Program-made: the position numbers and the translations under genes
Notes under the pieces: generated by a model
What the model was told of the DNA's origin: nothing
Seen by the model: the letters and a program-made list of their open reading frames with translations, nothing else
The model's database searches: none
Assembly (NCBI RefSeq): GCF_009914755.1
Contig: NC_060926.1
Length of the DNA: 64,000 nucleotides
Direction: 5' to 3' (one strand)
Source: the human T2T-CHM13v2.0 reference genome, Homo sapiens
Part shown: piece by piece, positions 45,396 to 58,750 of the stretch
How positions within the stretch are numbered: the stretch's first letter is position 1
Layout of the letters: each line of letters begins with the position of its first letter

Positions 45396-46246
45396 AATTA
45401 AATACCGCTCTAAGCATCCTGATGCCCAAGGCAAAGCGGGGAAATGAGGCTTCCATGCTAACAAGTTCAAGGCTGCTGGCTCTTGTCCCCATGGGCTAGA
45501 TACCCTCCAACTGAGGACAGTTCTGATACCAACTGCGTCCTAGTCGCACACCAGATCTGCAACCCTATTCACACCCTTTGGTCACAAGTTATAGCGACTG
45601 TGCATGGCTCAGGGCAAACCATTTGCCTTCATGAGAAAGAAACTCAGAGTGAGGGGGTGTGGCCTCCTTGTTGAGGTCAGTTCATTTTACCCCAAATATG
45701 TGAAGTGGGATAATTTGGGAAGCAAGAGTGAAAGGGACAGATATGCTCTGGGCCTTACCAGGCGACAGCACTTTTGGTCCATTGGAAGGATGGGGTCTGG
45801 AAGCCCCTGGAGCCTCAGATTCCAACTACCCACTCCTACCCCCATCTTCCCTGTTTAAAAGTTCCATCAGGCAGAATTGAGCTCTCTTTGGCAATTCCAA
45901 TTAATCTGGCCAATTCCCTCGAAATGTTTGTTCTTGTCCTTCTCCATTGCCCTTGCCTGGGTCCTTGTTCCTTTCACTCCCCGCTTGGATCCGTGGAAAT
46001 TGTCACCCAAAAGGTTTCCTCCCTTCAAAGTAATCCCAGCACTAACTCATCATATAGACTGCTGGTAAAATAATACTCCTGCACACACAAATGCAACAGG
46101 AAAAGTCTGGTGGTGCCGTCAAGCAGCCTCTCTCAAACTCCCATCATAATGTGCCAACAGCCGGGAGGGGGAGGTGTCACTGCAATGGAGCTGTCGACAG
46201 TTGCTAAAACAGCCACACACCTTGTGAGACTTGAGTCACTGTTCTA

Positions 46247-46306
46247 TTAGGTTGGTGCAAAATTAATTGCGGTTTTGCAAAACCACAATTAATTTGGCAC
46301 CAACCT
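46247..46306. mobile_element. MADE1 (Hsmar1-derived MITE), internally deleted
   Basis: ttaggttggtgcaaaa...gcaccaacct TIRs preceded by TA. Confidence 0.88.
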
Positions 46307-46932
46307 CGAATGTTGTAATACTCTACAACAAAATGAAAATGTAGTAATTTTCTTAAAAATAAGTAAAATTAGGAGTGATTGTTTCAACTACTGGTATCAA
46401 CTATGATCATGAAATCTCTGCCACCCAGCCTAAACAATTATTCAGCATCACCTCCACCTAAATAACATTCAAGTCCCTCTTCTGCACCACTATGTCTCAT
46501 TGTTCCTCACTGCTTGGGGGAGCTCAGGCATCTCAACCTGGCTGTCAAAATTCTTCCAAATCTAACTAAACACCATCTAGCTTATCCAAACCACATGTCT
46601 GCTTTGCCCACATAAAACTCGCCGTATCACAAACTAAGGATGTTCATTTTCAAATTGCTTAAGCAATTCCCTACCTAAAGTCCTCAGCGTTGTTCCTCCT
46701 CCTTTTCAATTCCTACTACCCACGAACAACAGCTCTCACTCCACCTCCTCCAGGAAGCTTCCCCTGACTACTCTCTCCCATTGATTTTTTTCCCCATAAA
46801 TATGTTGTTTGAATGGAATGCTAAGTGATGACCTTTCATTGGTCACCATCTTTTATCACGATGGACCTGTTGAGTGTAGATTTCTTTTGTCCATTGAATT
46901 GTGCCTTCTTTATCCTACCTCATCATGATTCT

Positions 46933-47650
46933 TGTAGGTCAGGTTCGCTAGGACACAGACACTGAGACGGGGATTGGTATGCAGGGAATGTAGGAAGATT
47001 TGGGCCAAGGGGGAAGCTGAGGCATGACAGTTTCGACAAAAGTCACAGCTAACCCCACTGGGAAGTTGTGAAGCTGATCAGACCCTTCTGAGCCTCAAGT
47101 TGGGGCTGGGGCCTGGGCCTTTATATGCTGTGTTGATCATGTCTGAGGGCTGCTCCTGGAACAGGCAGCAGCCTTGTGTGAGGTGATTCCAGAAGAGGCT
47201 GTGTGGTGAGGTGAAGGCTGTTTGTGGAAGCTTTCCCAGCAGCCGAGAAGGGGAGTGATACGGTTTGCCTGTGTCTCCACCCAAATCTCAACTTGAATTG
47301 TATTTCCCAGAAAGGGACCCAGGGGGAGGTAATTGAATTATGGGGGCCAGTCTTTCCCGTGCTATTTTCATGATAGTGAATAAGTCTCATGAGATCTTAT
47401 GGGTTTATCAGGGGTTTGCACTTTTGCTTCTTCCTCATTTTCTCTTGCCGCCGCCATGTAAGAAGTGCTTTTCACCTCCTGCCATGATTCTGAGGCCTCC
47501 CCAGCCATGTGGAACTGTAACTCCAATTAAACCTCTTTTTCTTCCCAGTCTCGGGTATGTCTTTATCAGCAGCTTGAAAATGGACTAAAACAGGGAGGGA
47601 GGGACAACTCAGTCCTTCAGTCCTGAAAGGGGGATCTTGGTGTCAACTAT
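46933..47650. mobile_element. Old ERVL-class LTR (LTR16/LTR33-like), split by the THE1 insertion; approximate
   Basis: tgtaggtcaggttcgct...cagacactgagacggggattggtatgcaggg, gggcctttata motifs. Confidence 0.45.
47256..47592 (+). mobile_element. THE1A-like MaLR solo LTR
   Basis: tgatacggtttgcctgtgtc...atggactaaaaca; 5-bp TSD gggag at 47251-47255 and 47593-47597. Confidence 0.88.
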
Positions 47651-48124
47651 GATGGCCTTAAAAAAAAGAGAATGAAAGGAAAGGAGGAGAACGGAGGAAG
47701 AAGAGGAAAGACAGGAAACATCCATCACACTTGTTTGTCAGGTCTTATTTGGAACAGAGTGTGCCAAGGCAGTCACTCCCTGGAGGAGAGAGGCAAGCTG
47801 CAAGAAGGCCATGGGGACAATGTGCAGAGCAATGAAGCCTCCTGCCCATAGTGACTGTACCCGCGACCTGGTGGTGACCAGGCAGGCATTTGCACCTGCT
47901 GGGCTCCAGAGCTCCCCTTCTTTCTTCACTCGGTGACAGCAAACCAAGACTTGGGTCACATCATTTCTGGGTAAGTATGCAGAGATGCTGAAAGAACAGT
48001 GGGAGCAAAAAGAACAAGAATCTTGAACGTCTTCTGTTTTCTCTATGACCCTTAGAAACCCAAAGAAAATTTCACAGTAGGAAAATAATCCATTGCACAA
48101 ACTGTATTTTTAAAGGTGAGAGCT

Positions 48125-48545
<421 letters not shown>

Positions 48546-51484
48546 TTATAAACATCAAAGAAACTCTGAGGAGGAGGCGTGGTAAAGACTCTCTCCTACC
48601 ACCCATAGGAAATCAAATTCCAGCAAAGACAAAGATCAGTACAGGAGAAGAAAGCCTGGGCGGAGAAAACGAGGGAACCCTGACGGAACCTGGGCAACTG
48701 GAAAGTATTACTCCTTCGAAATTCTGAAGTTCATTTACAGCTGCCAGTCAGCACACCAGGGAATCAGAAACCACCAGAGCCTTTCTCTGCAGCTGGAGAA
48801 TTTGAATTCATTTCAGAAACTTCCTGGAGACGAATGAAAGGCAAGGGCTTCCAGAAATCAGAATACCTTCTGCCCCAGGGTCTTGGGCAGAATTGCCATT
48901 TTCATCACAGCACGTGAAGTAAGATAGTGAGTGAGGGGTTTTTCTTAGAATCTATACTTAAACTCATGCATTTTTCAAAATATTTCATGCTTTTCTCTAA
49001 AACCTTATAGCTATCATTCACTGACAAGCAATGCATGGGTAAGATATTTCTTTATGGCCCTCTATTGTCATCCTATTAATCTAGACATTAAACTTATAAG
49101 TATCATCTTGTCTTGATTTATTTTTCTAATCTATACTTTTCTCAATGATGTGTTTCCTAATTGACATTTCCAAATTACGAGCCTTGGGGTTCTTTTAATC
49201 ATTTTGGTTTTTAAGCACTTTTTTATTTTGCTTCTCCGAAGTTAGTTAGAAATTGCAACTACTGGTTATTCCAGGGCTGATGGTTCAGTTACAGGCTCTG
49301 GGGCTAAATCCCCTGGTCCTGGCTACCCTGAACTTCACGCAGCTCTGAGTAGGGGAGTAAATTAGCCTGCAGGGGGAATGTGGGTAATTCTCGACCTCAT
49401 TACAGCCCTCCTTTCCAATTTCGCCTTCCTACGAGCAGCTTAAAATGCAGAAGAGATCAGCTGAGACACACACTCTCCTCCACGTGCTCCCTCTCCCTCC
49501 CCACCTGATCCTGCTTCTATCCCCTCACCCCTCCTGATGAGGGAGGGAGGAGAGCACAACAGGTGGAAAGATGAGCCAGTGAGAATTTCAAACCCAGCGG
49601 AGTCCCCGCCCATGGGATGTGACCTGTTTGTACAGGATTCTTGCAGTTATTGGGTGGTCTTTATTATCATTGTTGACTCTGGGAAACTTTTCATTCTTGA
49701 CCCAGAGTCTTCATTAGAGATCTTTTCATGAGAAAAAGGGCATTTTTAAGAGCTGAGGTTTGAATGCATGGAAATTTTTAAAAACTACCTTTGGTCATGT
49801 GAAAAGAAAGCAGCTGGCAGGTGGTGGGGGAAGGAGCCCATCTGCTAATTAAAACTCCAAGAGTAGTAGGAGGAACAACTACTCTAAGGCACTATCTTTC
49901 CCCACGTTCCTGCAAACAAATTAGCTTCAACACCCACACACAGTAGGAAAACAAATGCCAATTATGCCTCGATGTTTCCTTGAACCTGTTTTCTTTTCCC
50001 TGTCTCCAACTGATCCTTAACACTGCTTTGATAGTGGGCTGGAGATAAGCCCATTGCTTATCTGGAGAAATGATTTCCACCCACTTTTATTCTAAAGCAA
50101 ATCCGCAGCACTGAGGAGGCTGGGACCAACATCAAGCCCAGATCCGTTTCCACACATAGAGCAAAACTCTTCATTTTGGTTGAGTACCAACAATAGTAGT
50201 TTATAACATAGGAAAGGAGTGTGCCTTTAATTATTGTATTTCAGTGTAAAACATAATCAGAGGTTAAAACAGTTTTATGAAGGCAGATAACATTATGGCA
50301 TATATTAATGTATAGAGGATGCACATCCATTTATTTCCAACTGCAGATATAATGGGGTACCTGACTGGGACTAGATCAAATGATTTTGGCTTTATTCTTG
50401 GTTGCTTCCCAGTTTTGGCAAGTACGCAATTATGAATAAATATGCTACAAACAACGATGTGCAGGATTTTTTGTGTATATAACTTTATTTTCTCCATATG
50501 ATTTTCTAAAATCTTGGTGGAGACAAGCAGTGGGTGAGGAAGAAAGATGGCTAAAGTTGCAGGCACTTTTTCAGTTTCTCTGGAGGCAGAGGTCTGAATT
50601 TCACCTGTGATGTCAAGCAATTTCTTTGTCTAAGCCTTTTGGTAATGCCAAAGTAAAGCAGCAATCCCTTCTGGAACAGAGAGGTTTAGGAGCAACAAGG
50701 AGGGAAACAGGGCTGCTTGGCCCCATAAAAGAGCATTTCCCTATATGTGGCAGGCTTCTCTGTTCATCACATTCCCTTTAGGGGAAAAAAATTTCTCTAA
50801 ATGTGGATTTAGACTATCCCTAAAAAAATTTTGCTTGTTTCCCAGAGGGGTGTGTGTGTGTGCATGTGTGTTGGTGTGTGCACACCGACTTTCTTGTTCA
50901 GGAACTCACCCGTCTGTGTGGTTAGGAGCAGAATGAAGCTATGAAGGGAGCAGGAAGGATGAGGTGGCATGTCTTCATGACATGCTCTCTTTTTTAAACT
51001 TCACACCAGGTATCCTGGCAGATTTAATAACTCTGACCTCAGGAAAGTTCCCTCTTTTGGGGGTTTTGCACTGTTTAGGTGAGGAGAAGGACTAAGGCAA
51101 GGCCTTAGAAGGATCCTTTGTTTCTGATGGGAGTAGACATTCTGGGTACCAGATACCCTGGAGATGGGCTGGAATGTGAGGTCTGAGGAGTTGAGTCTCA
51201 AACTTGAAGGTGGAGAGAAATCCTCAAGGACCTTTGTGTTGAGATGTTTAACCCTTCCAATATTGGTCATTTGGAACAGCCATATCCAGTGTCTGGCGGT
51301 TTTCTCTGATTCCTTGTGAAAAACATTGATTATCACATAGAGCACTAAGGCAAGGGCTGTGCCAGTGCTGCAGACCTTTCTCTGGGAAACCACAGGAGGG
51401 AAACCTGGCAGGACTAACACTTCCTGGTTGAACGGGATGTTTAAGAGAGGAAATGCCTGCTAGAGACATCTGAATTATCTAGAT

Positions 51485-51677
51485 CAATGGTTCTCAACTG
51501 GGTTGATTCTGCTCCCAGGAGATAACTGGTGGGGTCGGTGGTGGCTACTGGCATCCAGGGAGTAAAGAACAAAGAAGCTGCTAAACATCCTACCACATAC
51601 TTGATAGCACCCACCCCACCCCCAACAAAGAATTATTCAGCCCAAAATCTCCATAGTGCTTAGGTTGAGAATCCCTG
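51485..51677. mobile_element. MER20-like element
   Basis: caatggttctcaactggg...gctactggcatcc...aaagaattattcagcccaaaat...ggttgagaatccctg. Confidence 0.7.
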
Positions 51678-52357
51678 ACTCAGGAGGAGTTAGTGAAAAC
51701 ATTTAGATGTTCATATGTAAATACAATAAAAGCTGAATCTCAAAAGTAGGAATAATGTTGATCTAAAAAGAAAAGTTTACCTGGCGAAAGACAACACAAG
51801 GGATATTTATTGAGAGTCTAATATGCGCCAAGTTTTGTTCCGGTTTCTAGCAACCAACAAGACAACTTCTCATTCTCATAGAATTGATGTTCTGGTTGGG
51901 AGGGAAGACCTCTAAAATATCATATATATTTCAGATCATAATTACAATAAGAGCCCCCTTGTGAATTGTTTCATTTAGTCCTCCCAACAACCCTATGAGA
52001 TTTGTGCTATTATAATCTCCATTTTAGAAGACACTGAGGCAGAGGTAAGTGGCTTGTCCAAGGTCCACAACAGATAGACTCCGTCTGGCTTCTTCAGAGC
52101 ATTTAAAGTTCCTCTTATGGTCAACGGACTTTAGAGCTTAACTAGCTACATGATGTGGGGGGTATGACTTAATTTCTCTTGATTCTTCCTTCATGTGTGG
52201 CATGGAGGTAATAAAAGTATCTCATAAGATTGTGTAAAAACTGAGTATTTTGATTTATAGAGAGTGCTTAGAACAGTGTTTGGCATACAGTGAGAGCTTA
52301 TAAGTTATATAAGAAAATGGAAAGTAGGTAGAGAATGACTGAGAATCCTACTTTACA

Positions 52358-52937
52358 CCCGTGGTTCCCAAAGCATGGTCCCTGGATCAGCAGGACCAGC
52401 ATCCCCTGGGTACTTGTTAGAAATGCAAATTCTTGGCCCCTAGCCCATGTAACAAGAAAAACCCAGAATCATACAGAAAAACCATCTCCCAAGCTGGGAG
52501 GAAGCACAGAGACCAAAAAGTGACTCAAACAAGTACAGCTTGGTGAGTAGATGAGTTTATTAGAGCTTGCATACAAGGCATTCTGGGGCAGCAGCAGGGC
52601 AGCTCTAGAGATGTGTGCCCTCTCCCATCTCTAAGCTGTTTTAAGCTAATTTTCTGGCTCTTTGCCTACTGTGTGTGTGTGTGATGGGACTGTTTTCCTT
52701 AGTAGGGTCTCAGATACTCCCTGGGATGTTTGAGTTATCAGGGACATCTGCTCCTCAGTGGGGCACCATGGCCTTGGCTCATCACCTCTAGGGTTCCGGC
52801 AGCAGACACATACCTTTAAGTAATCTGATGGGGGACTCATCACATTACAGCCCAGACATGACTCTGGGGTGGCCCCAGCAATCTGCTTTAACAAGCTTCC
52901 CAGGTGACTTTGATGTCAGCTGAAGTTTGAGAACCCG
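52358..52937. mobile_element. MER5A-like element split by an LTR
   Basis: gtggttccccaaag...cttgttagaaatgcaaattctt and gggtggccccagcaatctgctttaacaagc...aagtttgagaacc. Confidence 0.7.
52448..52849 (-). mobile_element. Solo LTR, ERVL-type (LTR47-like, family uncertain)
   Basis: TG...CA termini; 5-bp TSD gccca at 52443-52447 and 52850-52854; minus-strand AATAAA (tttatt near 52556). Confidence 0.75.
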
Positions 52938-53283
52938 TGAATTAGGCCATTCTGAGGAGGTGATGTTTGGACTGTGATAAAGGAGTTTGTCTTGACCCTG
53001 CCCTAATGCCTTCCCTGACTACAAACCTTTAAAAAGAACCAAAACTCTGTATATGTCCTCCCTTCTCTTGTGCTATTTAATTCTACTTGGCTTTAGGCTT
53101 AGATAGCTTCTTCTCGGCTTCTAAGACCAGATGTCTTCCTTGATATCCTTAAACACCCTCAACTGTTCTCCATCCTCAGTAAGCTGGTTCTTGGTTCTCT
53201 TCATATCTTTCCTCATTCATTCATTCATGTGAGTTTATTAAGCCTAATCCAGGCCTTGGGTGAGGTGGAAGTGGGGTGCATGG

Positions 53284-53439
53284 CAGGGAAAGCTGAGAGA
53301 CACTTGGTGCCCAGCCATATCCTCGGGGAGCCTGCCAGGGAAAGCTGAGAGACGCTTGGTGCCCAGCCATATCCTCGGGGAACCTGCCAGGGAAAGCTGA
53401 GAGACGCTTGGTGCCCAGCCATATCCTCGGGGAGCCTGC
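53284..53439. repeat. VNTR, 3 x 52 bp
   Basis: Unit cagggaaagctgagagac(a/g)cttggtgcccagccatatcctcgggga(g/a)cctgc at 53284, 53336, 53388. Confidence 0.96.
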
Positions 53440-54679
53440 CATCTAGTAGAGAGGCAGAAGTGCATCCCTGTGTCAGCACTCGCTTCTGGGGCCAGTCACA
53501 GCAGGGGCACCAGCTAGGACTGGGACTGGGGCAGATGTAGGGATCAAGACCACCTTCTCGAAAGCGGTAACGCTTGATCTGAGACTCAATGAGCAAATAG
53601 AAATAAAAAAGCCCCGATAAAACAATATTAAAAATCATCTGGAAGAACACACAAGGGAAATAATATTGAAGAATGAATGTTTTTTAATAACAGCAAAAAA
53701 GGTAACTATGGGAGATACATGGAATTACTACAGGCAAGGAATCAGCTGAGTGAAAATGATAGAAATGTTCTACGTATACTTTCTTTAAAATCAAAAATTG
53801 ACAAGCCTGAAGTGAATGAACAGCCATCTAGTCAACATTGGGTACTCACTGATTATTCTTATGGTTTTGTTTTGTTGTTGTTCTTTTGCCTCCAGGCATT
53901 TGCTCACCCTCCTCTCGCCAAGTATTCCTCCATCCTCTTCTCCCCACACTTGCTGGTGAAAATCTTCCTCATATTTAAGGTTCAGATCAAAAGCTGCCTC
54001 CCTCGGAGGACTTCTCTGATCCTCCTCATTGGAGGTGATTTCTATCCCCAGCAAGGCCAGAAACCCTTGTTGGTGCTGCTAATCAACTGTTAGCACATTT
54101 TGCTGCGTCGTGGTTATTCGGTAAGCAGATTTTATTCTGTGATAGATGAAAGAGCCTCTGAGATCAGGAAAGCATCACACCTATCTTTGTACGACCAAGA
54201 TGTCTTGCCCTCAGTAATCAGTCCCTTCCCTAGATAAGATTATATACAACATGCAGGTAAGAGGCCCGAGCCACCACCTCCTGCTACATTCAACAACCAC
54301 CACAGGGGGATCAAAGAATTACACTTTTAATCTAGTCATAAACTTTAATAACACAAATGGAGGACAGGAAAGTGATTTATGATTACTGAGTAAGTTGAAG
54401 ATATTAATGGAGACAAGAATTAATGTGTTTTATTACATAAAAAATTTATTCGACAAAATGTAATAAACACGAAGAGTAATAGAGAAAAATTACGTGACAA
54501 AAAACTGATTAAAATATGCTCTCTAAATGCATTAAAGTTGATAAATATTCATAAAATCAACACCCATATTCCTTTATAGAGTAGTTTAAAGTGAATAAAC
54601 AGCTTTTATGCAAGAATACATAGATAATAAACACCATATGGAAATATGCAGCAGTTTTAGCAATTAAAAATGCAAATCA

Positions 54680-54985
<306 letters not shown>

Positions 54986-55232
54986 AGCAAATCAAAACAA
55001 TTAAAATACATCATTATACACCAATTGAACATTGTTTTTAATGATAAAAAATTTGCTTTAGCAAGGCTGTTCGTTTCTTTCTTGTTTCTCCAAAGCCAGG
55101 GCTAAGAAAACTGACACCATTAAATTTTTCTGAGGTACAATTTGAAAATGCATAAAAAGAACGGTTACACCATTCCTATATTTTAACTCCATAATTAAAT
55201 TTGGGAGAAAATGTATCAAGAAAATAAACCCA

Positions 55233-55530
55233 GGCAGAGCACCTGTAATCCCAGCACTTTGGGAGGACTAGGTAGGCGGATCACTTGAGGTCAGGAGTTT
55301 GAGAGCAGCCTGGACAACATGGTAAAACCCCATCTCCACTAAAAATACAAATATTAGCCCAACGTGGTGGTGCATGGCTGTAATCCCAGCTATTTGGGTG
55401 ATTCAGGCAGGAGAATCACTTGAACCCAGGAAGTGGAGGTTGCAGTGAGCCAAGAAGACGCCACTGCACTCCAGCCTGGGTGACAGAGGGAGACTCCATC
55501 TCAGAAAAAAAAAAAAGAAAGAAAGAAAAG
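55233..55530 (+). mobile_element. Alu (AluS-like) with degenerate 5' end
   Basis: cacctgtaatcccagcactttggg...gagactccatctc + A/GAAA tail; approximate TSD agaaaa(t/g)aaaccca. Confidence 0.88.
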
Positions 55531-55597
55531 AGAAAAGAAACCCAAAAGAGAAAAAAAGTGCTAATTGTAATTTTTAAAAATCAGTAAACTGAATGCC

Positions 55598-56067
55598 TGT
55601 CATGTACTGTGCAGGGTTGAGATTTTACCCTACTTGCAAGCTCACAAGCCACCCTGTTACAATTTCATAGATGCTGGCAGAAGACATTAGACTCCTGAGT
55701 CAGAGAAAACAAACTTTAATACACTAGGCAAAAGCCATAGCCAGAGCTTCACCTTTGCTTGTGATAGCTCTCCATGTTTCCCAGTTCTCATGCGGGTGAT
55801 AGAAAGGGCTCATGCTGAATTCCTGCCCAGTAGTGAGCAGAGTCACAGAGAGAAATGCTGAGCTTGGAATTCACCACTTTGACATTAAGTGGAAGCAAGC
55901 ATGCCCCTTGCCCAGAGGAGAGGTTACTTCATCTTTTAAGGTTGCTTGCTACAAACACAACACTCAGGAATGGCCTAGGAAATGAGCAGTCAGGGCCTTG
56001 CATTCTTGGCACACACGAGGAGAAGGTTCAGGGGATGCTCAGGGCCTATGAACCACGTCTCCCAACA
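55598..56067. mobile_element. Solo LTR (ERVL-type, MER77-like, family uncertain)
   Basis: TG...CA termini; 5-bp TSD atgcc at 55593-55597 and 56068-56072. Confidence 0.6.
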
Positions 56068-56340
56068 ATGCCTCATTTATTTATTTAACTCATTCCAATG
56101 TATTGAGTCAACTACTATGTGCCCGGCACAGAATAAGATGCTAAGGATATTGCAGTGAACAAATTCCCTGCCCAAGAAGAGCTTATATTTTAGTGGGGGA
56201 AGGCATTTAGATAATGGAAAGGGAATTAAATAATAATATGATGTCACTTCTGTGAAGAGCTATGAAAAGAGAGTGGTAGGATAGAGGGGTGGGAAATGGG
56301 GGTCAGATAGTGGAGTCCCAGCTATCAGTCTCAAAGCAAG

Positions 56341-56684
56341 TGTCTTGGTCTGCTCAGACTGCTATAACAAACACCTTAGACTGGCTGCCTTAGACAACAG
56401 AAATTTATTTCTTACAGTTTAAGGGGCTGGGAAGTCCAAGATCAAGTTACCAGCAGATTCATTTCCTAGTGGGTACCCTCTTCCTGGCTTGTGGGCAGAA
56501 TCCTTTTCACTGTGTCTTCATATGTTAAGGAGAGACAGAGTGAGGTCTCTGGTGCCTCTTATAAGGACACTAATTCTATCAAACCAGGGTATTACCTCTT
56601 TGTAGGCCCTCTCTCCCCATACAGGCACACTGAGAGTTAGGGCTTAAATATATGAATTTGGGGCAACACAATTATGTCCATAGC
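56341..56684 (-). mobile_element. MaLR LTR, MLT1A-like
   Basis: tgtcttggtctgctcagactgctataacaaa...gaaatttatttcttacagtt...gggaagtccaagatcaag...ccatagca. Confidence 0.8.
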
Positions 56685-57158
56685 AGAAAGTCAACAAATC
56701 TCTCTTCATTTCTTCTTCTGCAAATGAGAATGATGCCTAAAATGACTGTGGGTAAGATCAACTGAAATAAAGTGGTGAAAGTGTTTTGTTGTTACAAATA
56801 TTTTAGAGAATATACCTATCTAAAAACATAATCTACCTCAAAGATCAGAAGATAACTGAATCTAAGGTTTAGACTAGAAGTTAGAAAGAGCAGGAACAGT
56901 CATTATTTATTGAACACTTACTCCTGTGCTACTGGCTCTAACTCTAGTTTTATAATGATCTCATGACAAGTATAATTATCCCCACTTTTAAGATAAGGAA
57001 AATGTGTCTCAGAAAGCCTAAGTTGCTCAGAGTCTCCCAGCTGATAAATGGTACCCTATAACAAGTGGAACTATGAAGACAATATATAATAACATGAAAA
57101 GTGCTAACAGAAATCTGTAAATAAAAAATTGATTTTACCTATAGAAAATGTACGTGGA

Positions 57159-57549
<391 letters not shown>

Positions 57550-58142
57550 TTATAATGTTTTCAATAAAATGGAGAGATATTGTAAAAATATTTCAAAGGC
57601 TAGTCTTCCTTTTCTTCTAACAAATTCTCTTCATCAGGTCAATTTTCTCAAAATCTTCTCAATTCCAGCTTTCTCCATGTTGGAAACTGAAAGGACAGGG
57701 CTGGGTGGAGAGTGCGCGTATGTGGGGGGTGAGGACATGATAGGGGAGGTTAGAGCTGGCGAAGATGATGTTATAAAGGGTTCCTCTTCCAGATCTCTGC
57801 CAGATTGCTCAGAAGCCGCGTTCTTTCCTCATAGAGCCAGGGAGTGAATTTCTCAAGGCGTCACCAAGCCCTCGCCGGGCAGCAGTGCTGGAAGCAAAGC
57901 GGCGGCAGGATGGGGCTGGGCTTAGGAGCTTTCTGTTTTATATACCCCAATACCTGGGTTTCCCATTTCGGGTATAGGTAGAATCGAGATTACAGGAAAC
58001 CCGAAGCCCCCTGGCCGGGGCAGAGCGGGACCCTTGTTTCCCAGTGTCAAACCGTGCCACCAGCAGGTCCGAGGGGTCCGCAGAGGTGGTGGCAAGGGAC
58101 TTTCTCCCCATTGTAAACCTTTCCCGGAGACCACCTCAGTTA

Positions 58143-58316
58143 GGGTTGTCTCTGCTTGGCACAGTCAGGGAGACCAGCGGGGACAGTGTTGAAGGCCTGG
58201 CTCCTGTTGGTGGGCTCTCCAGCTACCCCGGGTTGTCTCTGCTTGGCACAGTCAGGGAGACCAGCGGGGACAGTGTTGAAGGCCTGGCTCCTGTTGGTGG
58301 GCTCTCCAGCTGCCCC
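58143..58316. repeat. 87-bp tandem duplication (2 copies, 1 mismatch)
   Basis: gggttgtctctgcttggcacag...ctccagct(a/g)cccc at 58143-58229 and 58230-58316. Confidence 0.97.
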
Positions 58317-58750
58317 TTGCTCCCGCCCACCCCCGCCCACTGCAGGTGCAGCTCGTCTCCCGACGCCGCTGGGTGGGGGAGGGGCAACTCTCCAAGCACA
58401 ACCCGCGCTCGGTCCCTCGGCCGCGCTGATTCCCAACCCCCTGGCGGCCGGTGGCACCCGGGACCGCTAAGAGAGGTGGTAGGAGGGACTGGCGAGCCGA
58501 GCGGAGCTAGACTGAGGGGTCCTGCTCTCTCTTACTCATTCTCCTGGAAAAGAGGATCTACGGGGGCTGCAGGCATACGTGCCAAAGGTGGGCTGCTGCC
58601 CGCAGGAGGGATCAGGATAGGACGACCTGGACCCCTCTTCCAGCCTCCCCCGGCAGGCAGTACCCCCTCCACGCCCGCACCTGCCCGGTCCACGCCGAAC
58701 TCACTGAGGACTCGTGTGCCCCCTGCCCTGGAGCTGCGATCCCAAGCGCC

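Noticed and set aside
58165-58190. RE1/NRSE in the 87-bp duplicated unit (GGACAG)
   Set aside because: Only the right half-site matches; the left half does not resemble TCAGCACC
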